From assembly GCA_037379345.1 (NCBI GenBank), contig CM074518.1, positions 18,910,001 through 18,974,000 on the forward strand: a stretch of 64,000 nucleotides of DNA. Reading direction: 5' to 3'. Source of the stretch: Perna viridis (Eukaryota). A program made the translations under genes and the position numbers. Shown here in pieces: positions 1 through 13,536 of the stretch. The stretch's first letter is position 1, and each line of letters opens with the position of its first letter. The notes below the pieces were generated by a model. The model saw only the letters and a list, made by a program, of their open reading frames with translations. It did no database searches and was not told where the DNA came from.

Positions 1-1662
1 CTAACTGACATGCCAGCTCCAGACCAGTTTAAACCTACTGAAAGCTATGTTCCCGTCGTATGTAAAATCCCCATTCTTCCCATGCTGGGTGGAGAACCAG
101 GGTAAATCATACATGTAAGTCACACAATAAGGACACAACCCATGTCATGCCAAAAACTGCTTTTAAATATTGTCTTAATTTCTATGTAAAGATCCATGAG
201 AGATCCAATGTTAATACCAAAAAATACTATCCTTAACAATTTGACAACAATTTCATAACTATATCCCTTACTAATGAGCCTAGTCAACAGTTTAGTTAAC
301 TTATTGGACAAGTATCAAGCTTCCCATGCTTTGGGTAGAATATTACTGTAAAACAAAGGGTGAGAGATACCCGCACATATGTATGTATCTCCTTTTAGTT
401 TTTGCAGATCAAGTTACCCACACACATTACCTGATGAAAAAATAAAAAGATCACTGAATTTCTTGCAATCAAAATAAAAATTTAGATAACACCAATTATT
501 ATGTTTTTTTTCAATTTCCATTCCTACACACATCCTATCCTATTTCATTTAAATTTCCAAGAAGGAAGCTTCAGCACCACAAGGTAATTAAAGACACTTC
601 TCTTAAGGCTTCTATGATTGGAATCTGATTCACTGAGAAATTGAACAATTACAAAAAGCCATTCTATCTTTTCTATTATACCGGTTAAGAAACCATTTCT
701 AGTGACTTCAAGGGGAATCATCATTTGTAAAATCCAAATCTAGAAAGTGAAAGTGAGTAGATTGTTTTATTGTGAAACAACAAATTGCAATGTAACCAAG
801 ACTGATTGGTTTTAATATTGGCAGACGCTCTTAAAAGTCATTGTGCAGTCAGCTCCTTCAAGACACCATTCTTTACAAAAATGATCCAAATGGTATGCAC
901 AGAGGAATGTGATACATACAGATGGAATCATCAGTCTCATTATATATTTACCAAGTTCTTCGTTAGAATTTTATGGAAAATCACACATCAAAGCATTTAC
1001 TGCTACAAATCATTCACAAAAGTTTGACATAAATCCTTCAAAAATGGAAGCAACCAGCCTAAAAAGTTATAATAAACTATGTACCTGTTCTAAAAAGGTG
1101 GTCATGTTTGTCAGATTTCTAAAAAAAATCAATCCTGTCAAAGCTTTTAATGTTACTTACCAATCACAAAAGTTTGAGGGAAATCTATCTTAAATGGAGG
1201 CGACATTTATCTCAGCAAATAACCTAAATCAGTATATCTTAACTAAAACTCCCTTCCAAAAAGCAGTCTCCTTGACAAATCAAGTAAAATCAATCCTATC
1301 AAATATTGCATTGCTTCTGTTTTAAATCACTAAATCCCCTCCCAAAATAAGTGGCCCCTGGCCGTAGACCCATTTCTGTGAAAATCAATCCTATCCTAGA
1401 TTTCATTTCTACTAATTCGAAGAAGAGAAATAAGAAATGAGGATCTACCCAGGCGACAAATTGCTAAGGCACAGACAGACTGATGATTGACAGGTCAAAA
1501 GCCGTATACCCAGGCAACATTGTCTAAAGAATAATAATGATGACAACAAACACAGTGATTGCAATAGCTCACATTATCTTAAAACTTGCCCTCACATTTC
1601 CAAAGCAAGTGTTTAAAGGGAAATACTTGTTTATACGACACATGTTTAATCAAACAACTCAC

Positions 1663-1723
1663 CACGCTACCACCTGGTGTTGAACAGCCACTTCTTCCAG
1701 AAGAGTGATATCCCCGTAAATGC
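1663..1723 (-). CDS. Unknown gene: internal exon (RHLRGYHSSGRSGCSTPGGSV)
   Basis: CTTTTTAG acceptor, GTG|GTGAGT donor, phase 2-0. Confidence 0.75.
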
Positions 1724-4700
1724 CTAAAAAGAGTTATGTTTAAATAAGAATTAATTAAAGCTGATTTATTCATAAAAAAATATATTTCAAAAATAAAATT
1801 ATAGAAATGTGGTCATCTCTCTTGTAAATACTATGATGGAACTTCAACTTTATTTTCAGGGGTCGAAATTTTCTTTCGACACTAATAAGTCTAATGATCA
1901 TACATGTATGTCATGGTTGCTGATAAAATTTACCAATATCCTCCTTTAGTTAATTGATGGTCAAGCAAGATACAATTCAACAGTAAACTAGATGCCAACT
2001 GAGCTATACTTACAACTAACCAATGTCTACACTCCCAATGCAAGCTTAATAATTGCCAATAAGTACTGTTCAGCTATTTCCATGTCAGTAAATTAAAATG
2101 ATGAAATAAAACAAGCCACATCAATTCCTATGTGGCAATTAAAATGCAACTATTATCATCAGAGGGGATATATGCAAACTGGTAACAAATTAATTATTAA
2201 TTACATTTTTGTAGTTAGATCAGAACTAAAATGTTCGATATGTTTTCTTTGAAGATCATTTCAATTTCATGTGACTCAGCAACATTAACAAATTTAAAAC
2301 TATGAAAAGAGATTGATACCAGAAACAATGAAAAATAAAAGCAGGCATGAACTTACCATAAGACAATAAATCCTAAACTTTAAATTAATTTTATGAAAAT
2401 TACTGATTTTAGAAAATTTTTGTCTTGTTTTCATCTTTACATATTACTGTATGGTGGACATAAAATTTGACAATTTTTAGGCAAAAAGGTAGAAGAAAAT
2501 TTTTACAGATGTTTAGTGGTACAAAAAGTACTTGAGCCCAAAGTAAATATTACATGGAATTTATTTTGGCATTTTTAGACAGACTGCAAAAATTACCCCT
2601 TTTATGGTAATAACAAATAGTAGTTCTACTCTGTACTTGTCCTGGAAATTTTCTATACATGAATCAATCATTTCAGTCAATTGATGAAAACTGCTAGAAC
2701 ATCTTATTAGCTATTGACAAAATGTAAAAGCCTTTGAATAATGTATATTTTACTAACAAAATACATATCCCAAGATAGATATATATAAATACCAAAGTGT
2801 CATGCTAATGAGCAAATTTATCAAAATTCATTATTTAGTACAATTGACTCTATACAAACTCAATAAAGTGATTCTACTGATTCCCTCTATGAATGAAAGT
2901 ACACTTTAGCAGCTTTTTGCTATTGATTTCTGTTCACTTATTCATCAAAGAGATCAGTAGATCCTCTTAGCAAAAATCAGGGTCAGAGTGTTCTATAAGA
3001 AGCTCTGTTCTTAATTTAATATCAGTCTTGAGTTATCTCCCTTTACATGGTTTCTTGCCCACATTTATCAATACCACTTTTTTAACATGTATATTGGGTG
3101 GTGTTTCTTGTTTGTGTTTGAAAAAAACAAAATTCATCCAAAATTACATGATATCATGCTTACACAGGAAAAAGGACTATAGACTTGTTTATAAACTGTT
3201 GTTTATTTTGAAAGGACTACAATGTTCTCACTTGAACTATTTTCTCTTTTGATAGTTGCTCACAGAAAAAAAATGCTTATTTTTTATGCAAAAAACAAAA
3301 ACAACCGTGATTTCCCCATCCCATTGACAGTGCTTGAATATAGAATCTGATGAGTTGCATTAAAAAGCTGTGTCAGTACAGTATTTTGAAAAATAGGCTT
3401 TGACTATGAAAAGACAGAGCTATTAATTCATGTTTCAGGGTATCTATTTAGGATGTTGCTGATGCTCTGACCATATAATTTAAAAGGGCATTAATCCAAA
3501 TTTCATTGAAATTTCCACAACCACATATAAGAAAAAAAATAAATTATATTTTCAAAGGGACATAACTCCAACAATTTAGTGAATTACTATTTCCTTGTAC
3601 ATGTAATATACACAACTCCATATGGTGTTCTTACTACTATCAAAACATGAAATTTTGTTACACAGTTTCAAGGTTTTTTTTTTTAAATTCATTACTTGGA
3701 ACAGGAAATTTAACAACTCTACAAGATTATTAAAATATGCAAATCATTTTGACAATTTGAGTTATGGGCAGACAGGTGGATGGGCAGACAAAAATGAAAC
3801 AATATGTCTGGTCATCAAAGTCAGGGGAGACACAATTTAAATAATAGACTTCTAAGAGATCCACTCAATGCATATCAATTTATATTTCAGGTGTCTTAAA
3901 ATTTTCTCTTATTTGTTATGAAATGAAAAATGTGTTAGATAAATATGTGTCGAAACTGAACCACTTTTGAAAAATGGTTTGTTTTCAGACATGTGTTTTG
4001 TTTCTCAAGGTTCAAAACACATTAAACTGATATAACAGGACTATGATAAATGTTATGACAGGTTTTCAGATTTTCTGGGTTTGGATGAGACCGGTTATCA
4101 GATTTTCTGGGTTTGGATTAGACAGGTTTTCAGATTTTCTGTGTTTGGATGAATCAGGTTTTCAGATTTGACATGTTTTGGATTAGAAAGGTTTCACTGT
4201 ATATTCTAACAAACCTGAAGTCAATTTCTGACATTATATCATCATGGCTATCATCATGGTACAAGTGTCCTTGACGTCTCATTCTGTCTCGTTCTCTCTT
4301 GGTTAACACCAGTCGTCTTCTGTTCTCTTTACGGGGATCATAGTTCTAAAAACATATCAAAACAGAATGTGAAGCTGAAGCCGAGGTTTCTAAAAACAGC
4401 AATATGAGACAATAAGCATAATATTAAGATAATTAGATATTGCATCATAATACATTAGTACATGTAGTACAAGTAAAGAATGCTTACTTTCTTATTAATA
4501 TCTGAGAAATATCTGAATAAATAAACCATGAATAATTCCTTATGCTTCATTGGTTACATTTATTCACACTGACTGAACAAGGAACAATTTGTAGGAACAA
4601 ATAAGGGGAGATAACAACCTCCTCAATGAGAATTCTTTGCTTCTCTCGTTGTCGTAATTTGTTATGTAATCTTTCTAACTGTGACCTATCATCCAAACTA

Positions 4701-7700
4701 AGTTCTTCTTCATTATCAGGTGGTACACTCTGAAAGGAAATAGACTAAAGCTAAGTATATGTACTAGCAAAACCAGCTGTCCATGCAAAAATGTAGAAAC
4801 ATTTCACTACGGGATCCATACTGGTTGTTTATATTAATAATTAAACATAATTATCTGTTTTTTTGGCAATTTATACTTAGATAATTAAAAAAATAAATAA
4901 ATAAAATCATATACCAAAAATTCTGAAATTACTGTTTACTTTCATTACTGACAAAAAAAAGATTGTAATATATATATTATTTTTAACACTACTGAATTTC
5001 ACACAACAAATTTTGACCCAACTAAAATGTTTCTACACTAGTTATTAGCAGGAAGAACTACATTACAAGCCTCTAAGAATGAAAATCTTGTTGCATAGAT
5101 TTTAAAGATCTGGTATCCTTTTGATTTGAAAGACAGAAAATGAACCTACATATTTAAGCCTAGCTTCTACATATGTATTCCAAAACAGACAGTAAATCAC
5201 ATTATTGTAAATGTAAAATTACATCAACTAGATAATGTATCACCATGACAATGACAACTCTGCATAAATCAACAAATGGGATCTTTTGTACTACATGTTT
5301 GTTTTTTTTCTAAAACTGATGATGCGCATGTACAGATACATCAGGATAAATGAAGGTGTGATTCTATCCTCCTTCAAAAAGATGAATGTGCATGATTGAC
5401 CCACATATGAAAAATCTTTATCATGTACATGTATCTTTACTTTTAGAATGCAGACTTTAATGATTCCTCATGATTTAGGAGGAGTTTTGTATATGAATTG
5501 AGTACTCTAAGGCTGAAAAAGGTATATTCAAGTATTGTGTTTGCTATTCTCCTACCTACTCATAAAAATGGCCATACTAAAAAAAATTCACTGAATTTTA
5601 AAATTAAATTTGTTTTATTTTGTTTTATCCTATTGATTTACATCTCAAGTTGTCATAAATTTATAAAGATAACAATAGGTTTTTGTGTCTGTCCATGAAA
5701 TGAAATTCATTCCTATTTATCTATCCATGTTCTGACCTATGAGTAGGGGAACAACTAAACAAACACACTATCTTGTTTGGCCTAATTTATTGCTAGAATA
5801 TCCATTCCCATGTTACATTAACTGAAATCCACAACTCATTATCAGAACAAAGGTGCAAGATAAAATACCTGACAGCACTTCCCTCAAAGTTTCAATAAAA
5901 TCCATTAGGTCAGTAGATCAAACTTATTTCCAAGACTGGAAGGTCATAAACATCTACCGGTAATTGTATTATTGTATAGTTAGAGGAAAGAAAAAAAATT
6001 GTTGTGGTATCGAATTTCTTACAAAAACTGATCGATTTATTTTTGTATTGTCTCATCTGGTAAGGTACAACAATGTACATTTTTGAGTAAATTATGAAGA
6101 TAGTTACCCTATTATGAAATTATCCATTTTTTCACTTTGTTTTGCAAATAAGAATTTCTTACGTGGATAAGATGGAAAAAAAATTATTTTGCTTTGTTTT
6201 TCGTTTGTTTGATTTTTTTGGGTGGTTTCCTATGCAAATATAGGTGTACAATTTAAAGCGGAAAGCACTGTATAAGTGCAAGTAATCAAGTAATTATGCA
6301 CTTCATCGGATTAAGTAAACAGAAATTATAAGTATGTATGGTAGAGTTGCTAATGATATAGCTTAAACTACAAATGTATAACACTGTAAATATTTGATTG
6401 AGTGTGATGTAGTTTGGTATATCTGTCAACATGATCACATGACAGAAATTAATGGGTAGAAGGATATGATCTTCATGATATATCATAAAATGCAAGATCT
6501 AATCAGAAATTAAATTAAATTTCAATTCCCACTTATAAAGAAGGTTATGTACAGATTTTTTTCTCTTTCAATTGATTTTTCTTTTGCAAGTTATAAAATC
6601 ATTGACAGTAACAATGATAAATAGAGTTTATCATATTCTACACATTCTAACATGAAATTTAAACTTAAGTTATTCAATAACAATTTGCTTTTGTTGTAAA
6701 AAAAACTTTTAGCATCAGCAAGTGACTCAAGGTTAGCCAGTCACATCTTTATTTAAAATAAGATATTTTGAACATGACAGCTCCAGAAAAAATCATTACT
6801 TTGATATAGTTACTTCTATAAACTAGACAATGCTGATCAATGTAACATAAACTAGTCAGTGCTGATCAATGTAGCATTAACTAGACAGTGCTGATCAATG
6901 TAGCATAAACAAGACACTGCTGATCAATGTAGCATGAACCAGAAAATGCTGATCAATGTAGCATTAACTAAACAATGCTGATCAATGTAGCACGAACTAG
7001 ACAGTGCTGATCAATGTAACATAAACTAGACAATGCTGATCAATGTAGCATTAACTAGACACTACTGATCAATGTAGCATTAACTAGAAAATGCTGATAA
7101 TTGTAGCATTAACTAGACACTGCTGATCAATGGGGCATAAAATAGACAGTGCTGATCAATGTAGCATAAACTAGACAATGCTGATCAAATGTAACATTAA
7201 CTAGACAATGCTGATCAATGGGGCATAAACTAGACAGTGCTGATCAATGTAGCATAAACTAGACAATGCTGATCAAATGTAACATTAACTAGACAATGCT
7301 GATCAATGGGGCATAAACTAGACAATGCTGACCAATGTAGCATTCACTAGACACTACTGATCAATGTAGCATTAACTAGAAAATGCAGATAATTGTAGCA
7401 TTAACTAGACAATGCTGATCAATGGGGCATAAACTAGACACTGCTGATCAATGTTACATAAACTAGACAATGCTGATCAATGTTACATAAACTAGACAAT
7501 GCTGATCAATGTTACATAAACTAGACAGTGCTGATCAATGTAGCATTAACTAAACAATGCTGATCAATGTAGCATTAACTAGAAAATGCTGATAATTGTA
7601 GCATTAACTAGACAATGCTGATCAATGGGGCATAAACTAGACAGTGCTGATCAATGTAACATAAACTAGACAGTGCTGATCAATGTAGCATAAACTAGAC

Positions 7701-10309
7701 AGTGCTGCTCAATGTAGCATAACTAGACAGTGCTGATCAATGTAACATAAACTAGATAATGCTGATCAATGTAGCATAACTAGACAGTGCTGATCAATGT
7801 AGCATAAACTAGACAGTGTTAATCAATGTAACATAAACTAGACAGTGCTGATCAATGTAACATAAACTAGACAGTGCTGATCAAATGTAACATTAACTAG
7901 ACAATGCTGATCAATGGGGCATAAACTAGACACTGCTGATCAATGTAGCATAACTAGACAGTGCTGATCAATGTAGCATAACTACACAGTGCTGATCAAT
8001 GTAACATAAACTAGACAATGCTGATCAATGTAACATAAACTAGACAATGCTGATCAATGTAACATAAACTAGACAATGCTGATCAATGTTACATAAACTA
8101 GACAATGCTGATCAATGTAACATCAACTAGACAATGCTGATCAATGTAACATAAACTAGACAGTGCTGATCAATGTAACATCAACTAGACAATGCTGATC
8201 AATGTAGCATAACTAGATAGTGCTGATCAATGTAGCATAAACTAGACAATGCTGATCAATGTAGCATTTAGAAGAAAACCAATATTTTCTATTTTACTTA
8301 TTCTTTACAACCAAGCTATCAATACTAAATGCAATATGTGTTCAGAACAAATAAATCATCATTTTTATACCAAAACATGTACAGAAAATATAGATTTATT
8401 TCTCAGAATAAAGCAAATATAGAATTTCTATGTAAATGAATGGAATGATAAGATTATCAAATAAAATATCCACAAATTCAATGTTGGTAACAAATAAAAA
8501 AAAAACATAATATTTTTCTTTCCAAATTAAGTATGTTTCACTGTACCAAACCTAGAAATCATATTATCATAGGTGTTAAGTCTCCTGCTTTTGGCAGAAG
8601 CCTCCATTATTAAAAAAACAATCTCTGCTTACATGCTTAAGTCAAAGTGGATCATTTAGCCACATTCAAAATGTCTCTGGTCATATTTGAATTTTCAGCT
8701 TAAAATAATAAATTATATACTTTAAATCATGTCCAAACAAACTGATCTCAGACCACTCATTAACTATGGTTATAGAGGAAAACATTCGTGCAGTGAAGTT
8801 GGATTTCAGTCAAATAAGGTCTGTTACTAAACATTGAGCATATAGAGAAAAAACATTGGCAAATCTCCTGGTTTGAGAAAATTTTAAGAGGAGATCTCCT
8901 GCTTTATAATTTTTGATGATTAAAACTTAATAAAAGTATTATTGAAAATTTAAAATAGCTTTGCCATCGAAACATTGCCTTATATAAATTAAATGAGCAA
9001 GCTTTCAGGCCAGTAGACAGCATGGGGTATGTAGGGAGGAAAAAATTAATAGTGAACAGACTGAGAAGGGGAATCCAAATCTTAGAAGTCTTAATTTCTT
9101 AGGTACTAAATGATTAACAAGCAGTCTCAGATTTTTTTCTCATCAGATATATATGTAACAGAACAAATATTAAACCAGATCTGTACTCTAACCCTCTGTT
9201 ATACACAAGTTGAAAGAAGGACCAATCAACTAAAAATTCAGCAGACTCTACCTATTAGGCTGTGTCAAGCAATTCTTCCACCTGAAATGCACCATAATTA
9301 CCTTTTGGAATAGTGGTTTATTAGTATCAGGTTGGCTAGGCAGTCTTGGTGTATCTATATCAGTATTACAATCAGTTGATACTTCATGTTTCTGTTTACT
9401 CTCAGTATCTTTGGCAGGTTCTGGTGGTCGGTATGTCACATTTCTCAATTTGACTTTTGGTATACCTCTAGGTTGTTGGTCAGGCAGAGGTTTTGGTAAA
9501 CGGCTCATTTTGGCCAGTTGTTCCACGTGACCAGCTGTCATCTATGTTGGGGAAAAAGCAGAATTTTTTTTCAGATTTTCATATGTAGTTTTGTAGTTTG
9601 ATGTTTTGGGTCCTATTTTTCAAGTTAAGAACTTTGTTCAAAATGCTTTCTTTGTAAGAAACCACATGTAAAAGAAAGTATGAATGGTTTCAGGTACTGA
9701 AGATTGATTAATTAAAGGGTTTTCTTTACGACACAAAACAATTAACTAATGTAATCTTTACAGGCTGTGTTTAAAGATCATGTCTGGGGAAGGATATCTT
9801 CATTCTACAGTAAAAGTTCACTTACTATACACAGGGTATTTTACATAATGGAAGTAAAGGTGACCACATTTTCGCCATAATTAGACTCTCCATTATGATT
9901 TGAGGTGACGTGTAGTTATATGATAATTAACTGGAATTAATAACCAAAATGCATGTATGATCACGATTGTCAAAGAACGTCAAGATTTAAGAAACTTGTT
10001 TAAAGCATGAGTTTTATCTTGAAGCATTCTTGGCACTATTTATTATATTTTGGTTATTCACGATTATTGAGAATTTCTCAATCATTCATTGCTATTTTCA
10101 ACATTAATTTTTGTGATTGGTAGATTGATATTCATGACGTGACCCTTCGGCAGGAGAAAGTAGGAGAGTAAAATTATCAAATTTATTTCAGTGTGAATAA
10201 TTGATGCTATCTAAATATAATAATAAAGTACAGTCATATTATGGTTGAGTAGAGATGGAGGGTACTACTTTCTATTGTAGTTAGTGCTTACCATGATGGG
10301 ACTGGCCAT
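1663..10309 (-). CDS. 5' part of an unidentified protein-coding gene (exons 10292-10309, 9302-9541, 4619-4729, 4215-4345, 1663-1723; continues leftward)
   Basis: GT-AG junctions with consistent phases give MASPIMMTAGHVEQLAKMSRLPKPLPDQQPRGIPKVKLR...PLFQK/SVPPDNEEELSLDDRSQLERLHNKLRQREKQRILIEE/NYDPRKENRRRLVLTKRERDRMRRQGH...EIDFR/HLRGYHSSGRSGCSTPGGSV. Hydrophilic, with a charged coiled-coil-like stretch. Family not recognised. Confidence 0.75.
4057..4201. repeat. 32-bp tandem repeat (4-5 copies) ending in GGTTTCACTGTA, a probable MITE end
   Basis: Units GACAGGTTTTCAGATTTTCTGGGTTTGGAT(G/T)A start at 4057, 4089 and 4121. Confidence 0.7.
4215..4345 (-). CDS. Unknown gene: internal exon (Arg-rich then His/Asp-rich)
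   Basis: TTTTTAG acceptor, CAG|GTTTG donor, phase 0-2. Confidence 0.8.
4619..4729 (-). CDS. Unknown gene: internal exon (37 codons, charged helix)
   Basis: TTTCCTTTCAG acceptor, GAG|GTTG donor, phase 0-0. Confidence 0.8.
6818..8268. repeat. 29-bp tandem satellite, about 50 copies (consensus CATAAACTAGACA[A/G]TGCTGATCAATGTA[A/G])
   Basis: Direct reading; GCTGATC recurs every 29 nt (e.g. 7991, 8020). Intronic in the unknown gene. Confidence 0.95.
9302..9541 (-). CDS. Unknown gene: internal exon (80 codons)
   Basis: TAG acceptor, AAG|GTAAT donor; lies within ORF 9248..9541. Confidence 0.8.
9920..10222. mobile_element. Diverged copy of the palindromic interspersed repeat at ~63 kb
   Basis: Colinear shared blocks with 62960-63335. 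Confidence 0.7.
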
Positions 10310-10400
10310 AATTCTGTAGGGGTAAATAGGAAAGGGTGGGTTTGGAGGGAGAATCAAGTTGTCTTCTGTACTACTGTCATTTTCAATAAATCCAAGAAGT
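10292..10400 (-). CDS. Unknown gene: exon containing the probable start (ATG at 10309, MASPIM)
   Basis: Poly-T + CAG acceptor, ATG|GTAAGC donor, phase 0 into the 9541 exon. The upstream part of the exon is open in the same frame, so an earlier start cannot be excluded. Confidence 0.65.
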
Positions 10401-10510
10401 CTGAAAAAAAGAAAAAAAAATTCCTCTTTATTTTTGTGTTCATTAAAATCTAACTAGATTAAATATCTTTAATTTCTCTCTAAAATTAGCTGAAGTATAT
10501 AAAGTCTCAT

Positions 10511-10749
10511 TTGGCCAAAAAAAAATTCTTGTTTCCTGCTACCCTACCTACCCCATTGTTTAGTGCCTCCAGTAACATTTTATGGCCTTTTTGGCTCAAG
10601 CACTGTTTAAAGTCTAGATTGTTTCTCAATTAACTAAATGTAAAATGCTTTTGAAAAAAATAATAATTTCCCTTCTAACATGTACCTACCCCCATTTTCT
10701 CTTGCTAGAAGCAGGAAACAAGAGTATTATTTTTTTTTTTTTGGCTTAA
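10511..10749. mobile_element. MITE-like element with terminal inverted repeats
   Basis: GGCCAAAAAAAAAATTCTTGTTTCCTGCT at the left and AGCAGGAAACAAGAG...TTTTTTTGGCT at the right; internal CCTACCTACCC motifs. Confidence 0.65.
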
Positions 10750-11121
10750 CATATATAAGCAATTATCAATATATAAAAAATCTTATTCAGATAAAAAACA
10801 ATAAATTATTCACAGTTATGATATAATAATTATTGATTGACAAGTACTGACAACAATCTTAAATCTTAAAAAATCAATTCTAATGTTCTAAAATCAAATT
10901 AATTTAAAAATTTAATATCTGCTTAAGATCTATACTTATATAATGTATTAAATGATTGAATAGTATAACTAGTTTACCCACAAAAAAAAACCTCTAAAGA
11001 ATAGAATATATGTACTGCATATAATCTGAATTAGAAAAAAAAAAGAATATTTATACTGTCAATGTGATATGTTTATGGTTAAGAATGATGTTTGACAGCC
11101 AAAGAAACTGAATAATGATGA

Positions 11122-11500
11122 AAGAGTAGTCAAGGGAACCAAGGTTACAGCGGTAGTCAAAAGAATGTAATTCAGGGACAAAGACCAGACATGGAAAACA
11201 GACATACACAACAAAGACCATAAAGTAACTAAAATCATACATACAAAATAACAAAAGCAAATGAGCAACTCGGACTCCACTAAAAACTGGGAGAATGGAC
11301 CAAGTGCACTGGTAGGGTAAGCGTCCTCTGCTTTTCTAGAAACACCCGCCGAGTTGATCATAAAAAGTCAAGTCCGGGGTAGACAAACGAGGAAAGGAAA
11401 ACTATGACCCATTGAATAAATCAGTTTTCATGGTGCAGATCGATACACCATAACAATCCACAAGTTCATGAGGATGACCAAAAAATTTCTGTAGTGAAAA
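11122..11500 (-). mobile_element. 3'-end copy of the Penelope-like element
   Basis: High similarity to ~56942-57320; same spurious peptide (SAGVSRKAEDAYP). Confidence 0.85.
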
Positions 11501-13330
11501 ACTGTTTAGGTTCCATGCATATTTTAATATACTCATTGAAAGTTTATAGGAAATCTTACATGGTGTTGGATATTGACTTTATATAAATATTAAACATTTT
11601 AATAATTTTGTTTCTATAAAGTCAAAAATATAAATGCACTAAAGGTGCCTTAAGACAACAAAGATTGAGAAATTGAAACAAGTTCGGACAATACACTGGA
11701 ACTTAATAAAGCTTTGAATTTGAATTGTGATAAAATGTTTGACAAAGTTCAAGTTTCTGGCAGAGAAAGTGGCCTAGCAACTTAGAAATGGAAATTGGAC
11801 ATTAATCTACTCTAGTTCAATCTTATTATAAGAACAGTATCTTTCAGCATCCAGTTTTTGTCGAAATCAATATTGATTTTGGATCTTTAGGTTTACCTTG
11901 AAAACATGACCAAAATTAAAAAAATAACCTAAACATCCGGTATGATTCCCTATGCAAGGATTTGAAGGTCTGAAGCCACGGGACCATATATCCATTAACT
12001 TTATCATCTCAGTAACTTATTTAAAGTGTTCAAAAATGGCCCCATTAAAAAAAGAAAATCAATAAAAAAATGCTGTAATTGCCCAAATGAGCAAGACCCC
12101 TTTCCAAACTCTGAGCATATGAAAGAACCTAAATAATATAAGATTTAATTTTTAAAAGACCAATTGAAAAGCAATTCATAGAGAGTATAAAAATGTTAGT
12201 TTTAGACTCCTAATTCCCAATCCTTTAGGATCATAATTAATACTCAAAAAACATTCCAAACCTTCCCTGTGGATATTGAAACTTGTGCTACAATATTATA
12301 CTTAAGTTATTTCTGGAAACAAAAAATGAACATTTAGGGTTAAAGTTCCCAAAATTATATTTACCTTCTTTTTGCAGTATGAAACCTTGTGATCAATGTC
12401 AAAGTATTCCACACTACTACTCAAATTATGCTATGACGGAATTACTTTTTCACTCATATTTAATCATGATACTCTTGATTTATAATGTATTACCAAATTT
12501 TCATTTTTATGTAAGAAAGTATTACATGGCTGCTTTTGATGATAAAAGCTGTTTTAGGTCTTTATTCCATCATACAGACCATTTATCACAATTTGCCTTA
12601 AATCTACAAACAGATAAGCCATTGCTTTTACTGAGATAGTTCATTCATAATCTAGATAGACCTCTAAAGCTTATACTCAAATATTAATGACAATTTCTGT
12701 GATAAGACTTCATCAATGTAATAATCATGCGGAATTAATCTTTCTGAAACCATTTCAGAAGTGAGTATTTACTATTTAAAGTTCCCAAAGGTATTGATAA
12801 ACAAATTTTGTGAGATATTGATCAGTTTTGAAAGTCAATTGCCTGAAGAGCTGTTTTACCTGTAGTAAGTAAACTCAATGGATACATTTCTATGTAACAG
12901 TAAAGGTGTCAGAAAAAAGGCATTTAACAATATGTATGTACATGCATAAATATGGCATACTGATAGGATTATGATAAAAATATAATTTTAAAGTTTAAAA
13001 GGTTTTTATTGAAAACATTGTTTTGTCTTTGTATTCACTACAGAACATATATACATGTACTTAATAACTTTAGCTACTAGTACATGTATATGTATATGTC
13101 CTTGCATGTACTTTTAAAGATAATAGACTATTGTTCATCATTCTACTGAAATCACACATACATGTATTTGTACAAATGTTAATTAAATATGGAAAAATTT
13201 CTTTTATTTAAAGCCATTTGAGAACCACAAAATACCTGAAACTCAATGTTTCACTTATTCCAAAACCTAAGTACTGTATGAACAGTAACAGAAATTAGCA
13301 AAAGACTAACAGTCAATATCCTTAAAGAAC

Positions 13331-13536
13331 CATGTCTATCCTACAGAAAATCACATATAAATAATCATGTCTGTCCTATAGGAAATCACATATAAATAAT
13401 CAGGTCTGTCCTATAGGATATCACATATAAATAATCATGTCTGTCCTATAGGAAATCACATATAAATAATCACATCTGTCCTATAGGAAATCACATATAA
13501 ATAATCACATCTGTCCTATAGGATATCACATATAAA
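13331..13536. repeat. 35-bp minisatellite, about 6 copies, with a CCTATAGG palindrome core
   Basis: Unit starts at 13331, 13366, 13401, 13436, 13471 and 13506. Confidence 0.9.

Noticed and set aside
1-760. ORF 120..311 and surroundings as a gene
   Set aside because: Resembles the decayed C-terminus and 3' end of another retroelement RT (LTRLISKGY); too degraded to call.
6818-8268. CRISPR-like array (29-bp repeats)
   Set aside because: Units are head-to-tail with no unique spacers, there are no cas genes, and the context is a eukaryotic intron.
12365-12603. Possible minus-strand exon (TTTGTAG acceptor, AAG|GTAA donor) of the unknown gene
   Set aside because: Stops occur in all three frames. 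It could be a 5' UTR exon, but that cannot be supported without RNA data.
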